Positions 8,782 to 19,012 of a DNA stretch of 31,702 nt are shown here, one piece after another. Source of the DNA: a virus. Below the pieces are notes generated by a model that was given only the letters and a program-made list of their open reading frames with translations, did not search any database and had not been told where the DNA came from. The first letter of the stretch is position 1; each line of letters begins with the position of its first letter. Where the stretch lies: UHGV virus genome UHGV-0114730; one strand, 5' to 3'. A program made the translations under genes and the position numbers.

Positions 8782-9816
8782 TCAGCCGTTGTCGGTGTCC
8801 AGTGAGTAGTTTTTAAAGCGGATGACCTCCTGACCGAGCCAGCCGTTTATCTCGCGGATCCTGTCCTGTAACGGGATAAGCTCATTGCGGACAAAGACCT
8901 TTGCCACTTTCTCAATATCACCCAGCGACCCGACGTTCTCCGGCTTGCCGCCCATCAACTGAAAAGGGATGCGGTGCGCGTCCAGCAGGTCTGCGGCGCT
9001 GGCTTTTTTGATATTAAAAAAATCGTCCTTCGTTGCCACTTCACTGAGCGGGATAATTTTAATGCCGTCGGCTTTCCCTTGCGGGGCATAGAGAAACAGA
9101 TTTTTAAAGTTGTTGCGGCCTTTCGACTTCACCATGTTTTCGCGGAGCATTTCGATATCGTTGCGATCCTGCACGGCATCAGTGACGTACATGATGTATC
9201 CGGCATGTGCGCCGTTTTCGTAATACTTGCGGCGGAACAGCGTGGCCGACTCATTCAGCCAGGCAGAGTTAAGGGCGCTGAGATATTCCGGCAGGCCGTA
9301 CAGCTCCTGATTAATATCCGGCTCCAGCAGGTGAAACACGGAGCCGGGCGCGAAGGCTGTCGGCTCGTTGAAGGACGGCACCCACCAGTAAACATCCTCC
9401 TCCACGCCACGGCGGGTATATTTTGCCGGTGAGGTTTCCAGTCTGATGACCTTACCGGTGGTGCTGTAACGCTTTTCCAGAAACGCATTACCGAACACCA
9501 GAAAATCCAGCACAAAGCGGCTGAAATCCTGCTGGGAAAGCCACGGATGCGGGATAAATGTCGAGGCCAGAATATTACGTTTGACGTAAATCGGTGAGCT
9601 GTGATGCACGGCAGCACGCAGGCTTTTTGCCAGACCGGTAAAGCTGACCGGTGGCTCATACCATCTGCCGTTACTGATGCACTCGACGTAATCCAGAATG
9701 TCACGGCGGTCGAGTACCGGCACCGGCTCACCAAAGGTGAATGCCTCCATTTTCGGGGCGCTGGCGGTCATTGTTTTTGCCGCAGGTTGCGGTGTTTTCC
9801 CTTTTTTCTTGCTCAT
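8782..9816 (-). CDS. Q: portal protein
   Basis: 344 aa, same size and position as P2 Q; stop overlaps P. Confidence 0.92.
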   Translation of the reverse strand: MSKKKGKTPQPAAKTMTASAPKMEAFTFGEPVPVLDRRDILDYVECISNGRWYEPPVSFTGLAKSLRAAVHHSSPIYVKRNILASTFIPHPWLSQQDFSRFVLDFLVFGNAFLEKRYSTTGKVIRLETSPAKYTRRGVEEDVYWWVPSFNEPTAFAPGSVFHLLEPDINQELYGLPEYLSALNSAWLNESATLFRRKYYENGAHAGYIMYVTDAVQDRNDIEMLRENMVKSKGRNNFKNLFLYAPQGKADGIKIIPLSEVATKDDFFNIKKASAADLLDAHRIPFQLMGGKPENVGSLGDIEKVAKVFVRNELIPLQDRIREINGWLGQEVIRFKNYSLDTDNG

Positions 9817-11588
9817 CAGTAAAACTCCAGAATGGTGGATGTCAGCGGAGTGCTGATACCGGCGGTGAGTGGCTCATTTAACAGGGCGTGCATGGTCGCC
9901 CAGGCGAGGTCGGCGTGGCTGGCTTCCTCGCTGCGGCTGGCCTCATAGGTGGCGCTGCGTCCGCTGCTGGTCATGGTCTTGCGGATAGCCATGAACGAGC
10001 TGGTGATGTCGGTGGCGCTGACGTCATATTCCAGACAGCCACGGCGGATAACGTCTTTTGCCTTGAGCACCATTGCAGTTTTCATTTCCGGCGTGTAGCG
10101 GATGTCGCGCGCGGCGGGATAGAACGAGCGCACGAGCTGGAACACGCCGACACCGAGGCCGGTGGCATCAATTCCGATGTATTCGACGTTGTATTTTTCG
10201 GTGAGTTTGCGGATGGATTCCGCCTGAGTGGCAAAGTCCATGCCTTTCCACTGGTGACGCTCAAGTATTCTGAATTTGCCACCGACCACCACCGGCGGTG
10301 CCAGTACCACGCATCCGGCGCTGTCGCCACGGTGTGACGGATCGTAACCAATCCATACCGGGCGGGAGCCGAACGGATTGGCGGCAAAGGGGGCATAGTC
10401 TTCCCATTCTTCCAGCGTGTCGACCATGCAGCGTTGCAGCTCCTCGAACGGGAACACCGACGCCTTGTCGTCAACAAATTCACACATGAACAGGTTTTTA
10501 AAATCGTCGGCGCTGTTTTCGCGTTTGAGCTGCTCAATGTCGAACAGCGTGCAGCCACCTTTCAGGGCGTCCTCAATGGTGACAATCTGCCGCCACTGGC
10601 CGTCCGCACAGAGAAGACCTCCGGCAAGGGCGTTATGACTGACGTCGATTTCCACGCGTTCGGCGGCGCTGGCGCGTCCCCGGTTGAACAGTTCACCCGA
10701 CCAGAACGGGTAGGCGTCGTGCGCCAGCGTGGACGGGGTGGAGAAATAGGTCGAGCGCAGGTGACTCTGTGAGGCCATACCTGATGCCACCTTACGCAGT
10801 ACCTGAAAATTCGGGATCCAGAAAATCTCGTCGACGTACAGGTCGCCGTTATGGCTCTGTGCGGTGTTGGAGTTGGTGCCGAGAAAAATCAGTTTTGCGC
10901 CGTTATTGCCCAGGACAATCGGGTCACCGGTCAGGTCAACGTCAACCAGCCGGGCAAAGGCGATGATGTATTCGCGGAACACATACGCCTGCGTTTTACT
11001 GGCCGACAGAAAAATCTGGTTATGACCGGTTTTCAGGGCGCGCAGCAGCGCCTCGCGGGAAAAATAAAACGTCGCGCCAATCTGGCGGGATTTCAGGATA
11101 TCGCGGATGCGGTGCTCAAGCCCGGCGCGATACCAGTGCAACTGATAGTCGAAAGACTGCTCAAAGAAAATCTGCTCCAGCTTTTCGATGGCCTCGTCAC
11201 TGAAAAAATTCTTTTTCGGTTTGCGACGCCCGCCTTTGTTGCGGTTAGCGACGTTCGGATTAAGGTCTGCCTCGTTGCCGGTCTGACTGTAGCGGTTTAC
11301 CCGTGCCAGTCGTTCAATCTGGCGTCCCAGCAGGTCAATTTCCTTGAAGTCACCGCCGGTTTTCTGCGGTTTGATGATGAGCTGGGTCAGTCGCGCTTCC
11401 AGACTCATTTCGACACGGCTGATGGGGGCAACGCTGTCCCAGCCGTCGCGCTGTTTCCAGCTCTGCACCGTCGGACGTTTCATCTGCAACATGGCGGCAA
11501 TCTGCGGCACGGAAAACCCCTGCCAGTACAGCAGCGCCGCCTGACGACGCGGGTCGTGTAAAAGAGTGGTGTCTGTGGTGATGGTCAT
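9816..11588 (-). CDS. P: terminase large (ATPase) subunit
   Basis: Track ORF 600 aa; start moved to ATG 11586-11588 (MTITTD...) giving 590 aa as in P2 P. Confidence 0.9.
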   Translation of the reverse strand: MTITTDTTLLHDPRRQAALLYWQGFSVPQIAAMLQMKRPTVQSWKQRDGWDSVAPISRVEMSLEARLTQLIIKPQKTGGDFKEIDLLGRQIERLARVNRYSQTGNEADLNPNVANRNKGGRRKPKKNFFSDEAIEKLEQIFFEQSFDYQLHWYRAGLEHRIRDILKSRQIGATFYFSREALLRALKTGHNQIFLSASKTQAYVFREYIIAFARLVDVDLTGDPIVLGNNGAKLIFLGTNSNTAQSHNGDLYVDEIFWIPNFQVLRKVASGMASQSHLRSTYFSTPSTLAHDAYPFWSGELFNRGRASAAERVEIDVSHNALAGGLLCADGQWRQIVTIEDALKGGCTLFDIEQLKRENSADDFKNLFMCEFVDDKASVFPFEELQRCMVDTLEEWEDYAPFAANPFGSRPVWIGYDPSHRGDSAGCVVLAPPVVVGGKFRILERHQWKGMDFATQAESIRKLTEKYNVEYIGIDATGLGVGVFQLVRSFYPAARDIRYTPEMKTAMVLKAKDVIRRGCLEYDVSATDITSSFMAIRKTMTSSGRSATYEASRSEEASHADLAWATMHALLNEPLTAGISTPLTSTILEFY

Positions 11589-11761
11589 GAATGCCTCGCC
11601 GTGATGAATACACGGCAAGGCTACTGAGTCGCGCCCCGCGATTCGCTAAGGTGCTGTTGTGTCAGTGATAAGCCATCCGGGACTGATGGCGGAGGATGCG
11701 CATCGTCGGGAAACTGATGCCGACATGTGACTCCTCTAATCACTATTCAGGACTCCTGACA
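11589..11761. promoter_or_regulatory. divergent late promoter region (PP leftward / PO rightward)
   Basis: Position between divergently transcribed P and O as in P2; no exact TGT-N12-ACA match found by eye. Confidence 0.4.
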
Positions 11762-12616
11762 ATGGCAAAAAAAGTCTCAAAATTCTTTCGTATCGGCGTT
11801 GAGGGTGACACCTGTGACGGGCGTGTCATCAGTGCGCAGGATATTCAGGAAATGGCCGAAACCTTTGACCCGCGAGTCTATGGTTGCCGCATTAACCTGG
11901 AACATCTGCGCGGCATCCTGCCTGACGGTATTTTTAAGCGTTATGGCGATGTGGCCGAACTGAAGGCCGAAAAGATTGACGATGATTCGGCGCTGAAAGG
12001 CAAATGGGCGCTGTTTGCGAAAATCACCCCGACCGATGACCTTATCGCGATGAACAAGGCCGCGCAGAAGGTCTACACCTCAATGGAAATTCAGCCGAAC
12101 TTTGCCAACACCGGCAAATGTTATCTGGTGGGTCTGGCCGTCACCGATGACCCGGCAAGCCTCGGCACGGAATACCTGGAATTCTGCCGCACGGCAAGAC
12201 ACAACCCCCTGAACCGCTTCAAATTAAGCCCTGAAAACCTGATTTCAGTGGCAACGCCTGTTGAGCTGGAATTTGAAGACCTGCCTGAAACCGTGTTCAC
12301 CGCCCTGACCGAAAAGGTGAAATCCATTTTTGGCCGCAAACAGGCCAGCGATGACGCCCGTCTGAATGACGTGCATGAAGCGGTGACCGCTGTTGCTGAA
12401 CATGTGCAGGAAAAACTGAGCGCCACTGAGCAGCGCCTCTCTGAGATGGAAACCGCCTTTTCCGCACTTAAGCAGGAGGTGACTGACAGGGCGGATGAAA
12501 CCAGCCAGGCATTCACCCGCCTGAAAAACAGTCTCGACCACACCGAAAGTCTGACCCAGCAGCGCCGCAGCAAGGCCACCGGTGGTGGCGGTGACGCCCT
12601 GATGACGAACTGCTGA
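11762..12616 (+). CDS. O: capsid scaffolding protein
   Basis: Track ORF starts at ATG 11696; start moved to ATG 11762 (MAKKVSKF...) giving 284 aa as in P2 O. Confidence 0.88.
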   Translation: MAKKVSKFFRIGVEGDTCDGRVISAQDIQEMAETFDPRVYGCRINLEHLRGILPDGIFKRYGDVAELKAEKIDDDSALKGKWALFAKITPTDDLIAMNKAAQKVYTSMEIQPNFANTGKCYLVGLAVTDDPASLGTEYLEFCRTARHNPLNRFKLSPENLISVATPVELEFEDLPETVFTALTEKVKSIFGRKQASDDARLNDVHEAVTAVAEHVQEKLSATEQRLSEMETAFSALKQEVTDRADETSQAFTRLKNSLDHTESLTQQRRSKATGGGGDALMTNC

Positions 12617-12674
12617 CCGGCGTCAGTCAGTCCGGGAAAACCTTCACGATTAACCCTTAATTTCAGGAAAAACT

Positions 12675-13748
12675 ATGCGCCAGGAAACCCGCTTTAAATT
12701 TAATGCTTACCTGTCCCGTGTTGCCGAACTGAACGGCATCGACGCCGGTGATGTGTCGAAAAAATTCACCGTTGAACCGTCGGTCACCCAGACCCTGATG
12801 AACACCATGCAGGAGTCCTCTGACTTTCTGACCCGCATCAACATTGTGCCGGTCAGCGAAATGAAAGGGGAAAAAATTGGTATTGGTGTCACCGGCTCCA
12901 TCGCCAGCACCACCGACACCGCCGGTGGCACCGAGCGTCAGCCGAAGGACTTCTCGAAGCTGGCGTCAAACAAGTACGAATGCGACCAGATTAACTTCGA
13001 TTTTTATATCCGCTACAAAACGCTTGACCTGTGGGCGCGTTATCAGGATTTCCAGCTCCGTATCCGTAACGCCATTATCAAACGCCAGTCCCTTGATTTC
13101 ATCATGGCCGGTTTTAACGGCGTGAAGCGTGCAGAAACCTCTGACCGCAGCAGCAATCCGATGCTGCAGGATGTGGCGGTCGGCTGGCTGCAGAAATACC
13201 GCAATGAAGCACCGGCGCGCGTGATGAGCAAGGTCACTGACGAGGAAGGTCACACGACCTCTGAGGTCATCCGCGTGGGTAAGGGCGGTGATTATGCCAG
13301 CCTTGACGCACTGGTGATGGATGCGACCAACAACCTGATTGAACCGTGGTATCAGGAAGACCCTGACCTTGTGGTAATTGTGGGTCGTCAGCTACTGGCG
13401 GACAAGTATTTCCCCATCGTCAACAAAGAGCAGGACAACAGCGAAATGCTGGCCGCTGACGTCATCATCAGCCAGAAACGCATCGGTAACCTGCCGGCGG
13501 TACGCGTCCCGTACTTCCCGGCGGATGCGATGCTCATCACGAAGCTGGAAAACCTGTCCATCTACTACATGGATGACAGCCATCGCCGCGTGATTGAGGA
13601 AAACCCGAAACTCGACCGCGTGGAGAACTACGAGTCAATGAACATTGATTACGTGGTGGAAGACTACGCCGCCGGTTGCCTGGTGGAAAAAATTAAGGTC
13701 GGTGATTTCTCCACACCGGCTAAAGCGACCGCAGAGCCGGGAGCGTAA
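12675..13748 (+). CDS. N: major capsid protein
   Basis: 357 aa, same size and order as P2 N. Confidence 0.92.
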   Translation: MRQETRFKFNAYLSRVAELNGIDAGDVSKKFTVEPSVTQTLMNTMQESSDFLTRINIVPVSEMKGEKIGIGVTGSIASTTDTAGGTERQPKDFSKLASNKYECDQINFDFYIRYKTLDLWARYQDFQLRIRNAIIKRQSLDFIMAGFNGVKRAETSDRSSNPMLQDVAVGWLQKYRNEAPARVMSKVTDEEGHTTSEVIRVGKGGDYASLDALVMDATNNLIEPWYQEDPDLVVIVGRQLLADKYFPIVNKEQDNSEMLAADVIISQKRIGNLPAVRVPYFPADAMLITKLENLSIYYMDDSHRRVIEENPKLDRVENYESMNIDYVVEDYAAGCLVEKIKVGDFSTPAKATAEPGA

Positions 13749-13751
13749 CCG

Positions 13752-14495
13752 ATGACGAGTCCCGCACAGCGCCACATGATGCGGGTCTCGGCAGCGATGA
13801 CCGCGCAGCGGGAAGCCGCCCCGCTGCGACATGCAACTGTCTATGAGCAGATGCTGGTCAAGCTGGCCGCAGACCAGCGCACACTGAAAGCGATTTATTC
13901 AAAAGAGCTGAAGGCCGCGAAAAAACGCGAACTGCTGCCGTTCTGGTTGCCGTGGGTGAACGGCGTGCTGGAGCAGGGCAAAGGTGCACAGGATGACATT
14001 CTGATGACGGTCATGCTGTGGCGTCTGGATACCGGCGATATTGGCGGTGCGCTGGAGATTGCCCGTTATGCCCTGAAGTACGGTCTGACCATGCCGGGTA
14101 AACACCGCCGCACCCCGCCATACATGTTCACCGAGGAGGTGGCGCTCGCGGCCATGCGCGCCCACGCTGCCGGTGAGTCTGTGGATACCCGCCTGCTGAC
14201 GGAGACCCTTGAACTGACCGCCACGGCTGACATGCCTGATGAAGTGCGCGCAAAGCTGCACAAAATCACCGGTCTGCTTCTGCGTGATGGTGGTGATGCC
14301 GCCGGTGCGCTGGCTCACCTGCAACGTGCGACACAGCTCGACTGTCAGGCAGGTGTCAAAAAAGAGATTGAACGACTGGAGCGGGAGCTGAAACCGAAGC
14401 CGGAGCCGCAGCCCAAAGCGGCCACCCGCGCCCCGCGTAAGACCCGGAGCGTGACACCGGCAAAACGTGGACGCCCGAAAAAGAAAGCCAGTTAA
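13752..14495 (+). CDS. M: terminase small / endonuclease subunit
   Basis: 247 aa, same size and order as P2 M; basic C-terminal tail. Confidence 0.9.
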   Translation: MTSPAQRHMMRVSAAMTAQREAAPLRHATVYEQMLVKLAADQRTLKAIYSKELKAAKKRELLPFWLPWVNGVLEQGKGAQDDILMTVMLWRLDTGDIGGALEIARYALKYGLTMPGKHRRTPPYMFTEEVALAAMRAHAAGESVDTRLLTETLELTATADMPDEVRAKLHKITGLLLRDGGDAAGALAHLQRATQLDCQAGVKKEIERLERELKPKPEPQPKAATRAPRKTRSVTPAKRGRPKKKAS

Positions 14496-14594
14496 CAACC
14501 GAATGCGCCCCGCGCCAGGGCGGCACGCCGGTCAGTGTGGGTGAATCACCTGACACTGTACCGGCGTCCACCGCCCGACTTTTCTGAGGTAGTC

Positions 14595-15104
14595 ATGATG
14601 ACGCTGATTATTCCGCGAAAGGAGGCTCCCGTGTCCGGTGAGGGTACGGTGGTCATCCCGCAACCGGCAGGCGACGAGCCGGTGATTAAAAACACGTTCT
14701 TTTTTCCCGATATCGACCCGAAGCGCGTCCGGGAACGTATGCGCCTTGAGCAGACCGTCGCCCCCGCCCGTCTGCGTGAGGCCATCAAGTCAGGCATGGC
14801 GGAGACGAATGCGGAGCTGTACGAGTACCGCGAACAGAAAATTGCCGCCGGTTTTACGCGTCTGGCTGACGTCCCGGCAGACGATATCGACGGTGAAAGC
14901 ATCAAGGTTTTTTACTACGAGCGCGCCGTGTGTGCGATGGCGACCGCGTCGCTTTATGAGCGTTATCGCGGCGTGGATGCCAGTGCGAAAGGCGACAAGA
15001 AGGCCGACAGCATTGACAGCACCATTGATGAACTGTGGCGGGATATGCGCTGGGCGGTGGCGCGTATCCAGGACAAGCCGCGCTGCATCGTGAGTCAAAT
15101 CTGA
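14595..15104 (+). CDS. L: head completion protein
   Basis: Track ORF begins at GTG 14535; ATG 14595 (MMTLIIP...) gives 169 aa as in P2 L. Confidence 0.88.
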   Translation: MMTLIIPRKEAPVSGEGTVVIPQPAGDEPVIKNTFFFPDIDPKRVRERMRLEQTVAPARLREAIKSGMAETNAELYEYREQKIAAGFTRLADVPADDIDGESIKVFYYERAVCAMATASLYERYRGVDASAKGDKKADSIDSTIDELWRDMRWAVARIQDKPRCIVSQI

Positions 15105-15307
15105 TGAAGACCTTTGCGCTACAGGGCGACACGCTCGACGCCATTTGTGTCCGGTATTACGGGCGCACTGAGGGCGTGGTCGAGGCCGTGCTCGCCGCAA
15201 ATCCGGGACTGGCTGAACTGGGCGCGGTGCTGCCACACGGCACCGCCGTCGAACTGCCCGACGTTCAGACCGCGCCCGTGGCTGAAACTGTCAATCTGTG
15301 GGAGTAA
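15104..15307 (+). CDS. X: tail protein X
   Basis: Start ATG 15104 overlaps L stop (ATGA coupling); 67 aa as in P2 X. Confidence 0.85.
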   Translation: MKTFALQGDTLDAICVRYYGRTEGVVEAVLAANPGLAELGAVLPHGTAVELPDVQTAPVAETVNLWE

Positions 15308-15310
15308 CGC

Positions 15311-15592
15311 ATGACAGCAGAAGAAAAAAGCGTCCTGTCGCTTTTCATGATTGGGGTGCTGATTGTTGTCGGCAAGGTGCTTGCCGGTGGTGAACCCATC
15401 ACCCCGCGTCTGTTTATCGGGCGCATGTTGCTCGGTGGTTTTGTCTCGATGGTTGCCGGTGTTGTTCTGGTGCAGTTTCCTGACCTGTCACTGCCTGCGG
15501 TGTGCGGCATCGGCTCCATGCTGGGTATCGCCGGTTATCAGGTGATTGAGATTGCCATTCAGCGCCGTTTTAAGGGCAGGGGGAAACCGTAA
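15311..15592 (+). CDS. Y: holin
   Basis: 93 aa with hydrophobic transmembrane segments and charged C-terminus; position before endolysin. Confidence 0.88.
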   Translation: MTAEEKSVLSLFMIGVLIVVGKVLAGGEPITPRLFIGRMLLGGFVSMVAGVVLVQFPDLSLPAVCGIGSMLGIAGYQVIEIAIQRRFKGRGKP

Positions 15593-16089
15593 TGCCGGTA
15601 ATTAACACGCATCAGAATATCGCCGCCTTTCTCGACATGCTGGCCGTGTCCGAAGGGACGGCGAATCATCCGCTGACGAAAAACCGGGGCTATGACGTGA
15701 TAGTCACCGGACTGGACGGGAAGCCGGAAATTTTCACCGACTACAGTGACCACCCGTTCGCGCATGGCCGACCGGCGAAGGTGTTTAACCGTCGTGGTGA
15801 AAAATCCACGGCCTCCGGTCGCTATCAGCAGCTTTACCTGTTCTGGCCGCACTACCGTAAACAGCTTGCCCTGCCTGATTTCAGTCCGTTGTCACAGGAC
15901 AGACTCGCCATTCAGTTGATCCGCGAACGCGGTGCACTGGATGACATCCGGGCGGGACGCATTGAGCGCGCCATTTCACGCTGTCGCAATATCTGGGCGT
16001 CCCTGCCGGGTGCCGGTTACGGTCAGCGTGAGCATTCACTGGAAAAACTGGTCACCGTCTGGCGTACCGCTGGCGGCGTACCGGCTTAA
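15592..16089 (+). CDS. K: endolysin
   Basis: 165 aa; start overlaps Y stop; position and size match P2 K. Confidence 0.9.
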   Translation: MPVINTHQNIAAFLDMLAVSEGTANHPLTKNRGYDVIVTGLDGKPEIFTDYSDHPFAHGRPAKVFNRRGEKSTASGRYQQLYLFWPHYRKQLALPDFSPLSQDRLAIQLIRERGALDDIRAGRIERAISRCRNIWASLPGAGYGQREHSLEKLVTVWRTAGGVPA

Positions 16090-16103
16090 ACGGAGTAAAC
16101 ACC

Positions 16104-16529
16104 ATGAAGAAATTATCCCTTTCACTGATGCTGAACGTGTCGCTGGCGCTGATGCTGGCACTGTCCCTGATTTACCCGCAGAGCGTGGCCGTCAGTTTTG
16201 TCGCCACCTGGGCGATTCTGGCGACGGTTATCTGTGTGGTTGCCTGTGGTGTCGGCGTGTATGCCACTGAGTATGTACTGGAGCGCTACGGGCGGGAGCT
16301 GCCGCCGGAATCGATGGTCGTGAAGATTGTCACGTCGCTGTTTTTGCAGCTGGTGCCGTGGCGCAGACGGGCGGTGGGTCTGGTGGTGATGGTGGCGACG
16401 TTTATCTCGCTGGTCGCTGCCGGGTGGATTTTTACCGCACTGATTTATCTCGTGGCATCGCTGTTTTTCCGGCTGATACGTAAAGCCTGTCGTCAGCGTC
16501 TTGAGGGGCGGGAACTATGTCAAAGCTGA
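16104..16529 (+). CDS. lysA: lysis timing membrane protein LysA
   Basis: 141 aa, multiple hydrophobic helices; follows K as in P2. Confidence 0.85.
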   Translation: MKKLSLSLMLNVSLALMLALSLIYPQSVAVSFVATWAILATVICVVACGVGVYATEYVLERYGRELPPESMVVKIVTSLFLQLVPWRRRAVGLVVMVATFISLVAAGWIFTALIYLVASLFFRLIRKACRQRLEGRELCQS

Positions 16530-16942
16530 TGATTGTGCTGGTCGTGTTGTTATCGCTGGCGGTGACCGGTCTGTTTCTGGTGAAACACAAAAATGCCAGC
16601 CTGCGCGCCTCGCTGGACAGGGCGAATAACGTCGCCAGTGAACAGCAGACGACCATCACCATGCTGAAAAATCAGCTTCATGTTGCCCTCACCAGGGCAG
16701 ACAAAAACGAGCTGGCGCAGGTGGCACTGCGTCAGGAACTGGAGAACGCCGCGAAGCGTGAAGCACAGCGCGAGAAAACCATCACGAGGTTACTCAATGA
16801 AAACGAAGATTTTCGCCGCTGGTACGGCGCTGACCTGCCTGATGTTGTGCGCCGGTTGCACCAGCGTCCGGCCTGCACCGACGCCAGTGATTGTCGCCAA
16901 CGCCTGCCCGAAAGTGAGCCTTTGCCCGATGCCGGGCAGTGA
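16517..16942 (+). CDS. lysB: inner-membrane spanin component (Rz-like) LysB
   Basis: 141 aa; N-terminal TM segment then coiled-coil-like region. Confidence 0.85.
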   Translation: MSKLMIVLVVLLSLAVTGLFLVKHKNASLRASLDRANNVASEQQTTITMLKNQLHVALTRADKNELAQVALRQELENAAKREAQREKTITRLLNENEDFRRWYGADLPDVVRRLHQRPACTDASDCRQRLPESEPLPDAGQ

Positions 16943-17087
16943 CCCGCAGACGAACGGCGATTTAAGTGCCGATATCCGGCAGCTTGAGAACGCGCTGGCG
17001 CGCTGTGCCAGCCAGGTAAAAATGATTAAACACTGTCAGGATGAAAACGATGCTCAAACCCGACAGCCTGCGCAGGGCGCTGACTGA
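16797..17087 (+). CDS. lysC: outer-membrane lipoprotein spanin component (Rz1-like) LysC
   Basis: 96-aa ORF in alternative frame overlapping 3' end of lysB; lipobox LCAGC after signal peptide. Confidence 0.75.
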   Translation: MKTKIFAAGTALTCLMLCAGCTSVRPAPTPVIVANACPKVSLCPMPGSDPQTNGDLSADIRQLENALARCASQVKMIKHCQDENDAQTRQPAQGAD

Positions 17088-17517
17088 TGCCGTCACGGTA
17101 CTGAAAACTAACCCCGATATGCTGCGGATATTCGTGGATAACGGGAGTATTGCCTCCACACTGGCGACGTCGCTGTCATTTGAAAAGCGTTACACGCTCA
17201 ATGTCATTGTGACCGACTTTACCGGTGATTTTGACCTGCTCATCGTGCCGGTGCTGGCGTGGCTGCGGGAAAATCAGCCCGACATCATGACCACCGACGC
17301 AGGCCAGAAAAAGGGCTTCACGTTTTATGCAGACATCAACAATGACAGCAGCTTTGATATCAGTATCAGCCTGATGCTGACCGAGCGCACGCTGGTCAGT
17401 GAGGTTGACGGTGCGCTGCATGTGAAGAATATCCCGGAACCCACGCCGCCGGAGCCGGTCACCCGCCCGATGGAGCTTTATATCAATGGCGAACTGGTGA
17501 GCAAGTGGGATGAATGA
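17050..17517 (+). CDS. R: tail completion protein R
   Basis: Track ORF starts at ATG 17041; ATG 17050 gives 155 aa as in P2 R; either start is possible. Confidence 0.85.
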   Translation: MLKPDSLRRALTDAVTVLKTNPDMLRIFVDNGSIASTLATSLSFEKRYTLNVIVTDFTGDFDLLIVPVLAWLRENQPDIMTTDAGQKKGFTFYADINNDSSFDISISLMLTERTLVSEVDGALHVKNIPEPTPPEPVTRPMELYINGELVSKWDE

Positions 17518-17962
17518 GTTTAAGCGTTTTGAAGACCGGCTGACCGGACTGGTTGAATCGCTGTCACCGTCAGGGCGTCGGCGACTGAGCGCCGAACTGG
17601 CAAAACGTCTGCGGCAGAGTCAGCAGCGTCGGGTGATGGCACAGAAAGCCCCGGACGGCACACCCTACGCGCCACGCCAGCAGCAGAGCGCCAGAAAAAA
17701 GACCGGTCGCGTTAAGCGAAAAATGTTTGCGAAACTTATCACCAGTCGCTTTTTGCATATCCGCGCCAGCCCGGAACAGGCATCAATGGAGTTTTACGGC
17801 GGGAAGTCACCGAAAATCGCCAGTGTGCATCAGTTCGGTCTGTCGGAAGAAACCCGGAAAGACGGTAAGAAAATTGATTATCCGGCGCGTCCTCTGCTCG
17901 GCTTTACCGGTGAGGATGTGCAGATGATTGAAGAGATTATTCTGGCTCACCTCGACCGTTAG
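17510..17962 (+). CDS. S: tail completion protein S
   Basis: 150 aa, size and order as P2 S. Confidence 0.88.
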   Translation: MNEFKRFEDRLTGLVESLSPSGRRRLSAELAKRLRQSQQRRVMAQKAPDGTPYAPRQQQSARKKTGRVKRKMFAKLITSRFLHIRASPEQASMEFYGGKSPKIASVHQFGLSEETRKDGKKIDYPARPLLGFTGEDVQMIEEIILAHLDR

Positions 17963-17963
17963 T

Positions 17964-17981
17964 TGTGCCATTCCTGACACC
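17964..17981 (+). promoter_or_regulatory. candidate late-promoter activator dyad upstream of V (TGTG-N10-CAC)
   Basis: Imperfect match to the TGT-N12-ACA dyad recalled for P2 late promoters, in the S-V gap. Confidence 0.3.
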
Positions 17982-18028
17982 TCATCGTCACATTGCCGCC
18001 GGTATGACCCGGCGGCATCCTTCCCGTT

Positions 18029-18664
18029 ATGAACACTCTCGCAAATATTCAGGAACTCGCGCGCGCACTGCGCAACATGATTCGCACCGGCCTTGTCGTC
18101 GAAACCAACCTTAAAGCCGGTCGCTGCCGTGTGCAGACCGGCGGCATGTGCACCGACTGGCTTCAGTGGCTGACCTGTCGTGCCGGGCGTTCGCGCACAT
18201 GGTGGGCACCTTCCGTGGGGGAACAGGTGCTGATTTTGGCCGTGGGCGGTGAACTCGACACGGCGTTCGTTCTGCCGGGGATTTATTCCGGCGATAACCC
18301 CGCGCCGTCTGCGTCGGCGGATGCCCTGCATATCCGTTTCCCTGACGGGGCGGTGATTGAGTATGAACCTGAAACCAGCGCACTCACGGTAAGCGGAATT
18401 AAAACAGCCAGCGTGACGGCTTCTGATTCTGTTACTGCCACGGTGCCGGTGGTCATGGTGAAAGCATCAACCCGCGTCACCCTGGACACACCGGAGGTGG
18501 TCTGCACCAACAGGCTGATTACCGGCACGCTGGAAGTGCAGAAGGGCGGGACGATGCGCGGCAACATTGAACACACCGGCGGTGAACTCTCATCAAACGG
18601 TAAGGTACTGCACACCCATAAACACCCCGGCGACAGCGGCGGCACAACCGGGAGTCCTCTATGA
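18029..18664 (+). CDS. V: baseplate spike / assembly protein V
   Basis: 211 aa, size and order as P2 V. Confidence 0.9.
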   Translation: MNTLANIQELARALRNMIRTGLVVETNLKAGRCRVQTGGMCTDWLQWLTCRAGRSRTWWAPSVGEQVLILAVGGELDTAFVLPGIYSGDNPAPSASADALHIRFPDGAVIEYEPETSALTVSGIKTASVTASDSVTATVPVVMVKASTRVTLDTPEVVCTNRLITGTLEVQKGGTMRGNIEHTGGELSSNGKVLHTHKHPGDSGGTTGSPL

Positions 18665-19008
18665 CAGCGCGTTATCTCGGAATGAATCGCAGTGATGGCC
18701 TGACGGTCACTGACCTCGAGCATATCAGCCAGAGTATCGGCGATATCCTGCGCACACCAGTCGGCTCACGGGTGATGCGTCGTGATTACGGCTCGTTGCT
18801 GGCGTCAATGATTGACCAGCCGCAGACCCCGGCGCTTGAGTTGCAGATTAAGGTCGCCTGTTACATGGCGGTGCTGAAATGGGAACCCCGCGTCACCCTG
18901 TCATCCGTCACCACTGAGCGCAGTTTTGACGGGCGAATGACGGTCACGTTAACCGGCCAGCACAACGACACCGGCCAGCCACTTTCGTTAACCATCCCTG
19001 TGAGTTGA
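18661..19008 (+). CDS. W: baseplate wedge protein W (gp25-like)
   Basis: 115 aa, start overlaps V stop. Confidence 0.9.
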   Translation: MTARYLGMNRSDGLTVTDLEHISQSIGDILRTPVGSRVMRRDYGSLLASMIDQPQTPALELQIKVACYMAVLKWEPRVTLSSVTTERSFDGRMTVTLTGQHNDTGQPLSLTIPVS

Positions 19009-19012
19009 AACC

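Noticed and set aside
9255-11613. Numerous antisense or alternative-frame ORFs (60-240 aa) inside P and Q, e.g. 9255..9734, 10082..10558, 10851..11561, 11350..11613
   Set aside because: They lie wholly within well-supported backbone genes in GC-rich DNA, where long shadow ORFs are expected, and have low-complexity Arg/Ala/Ser-rich composition.
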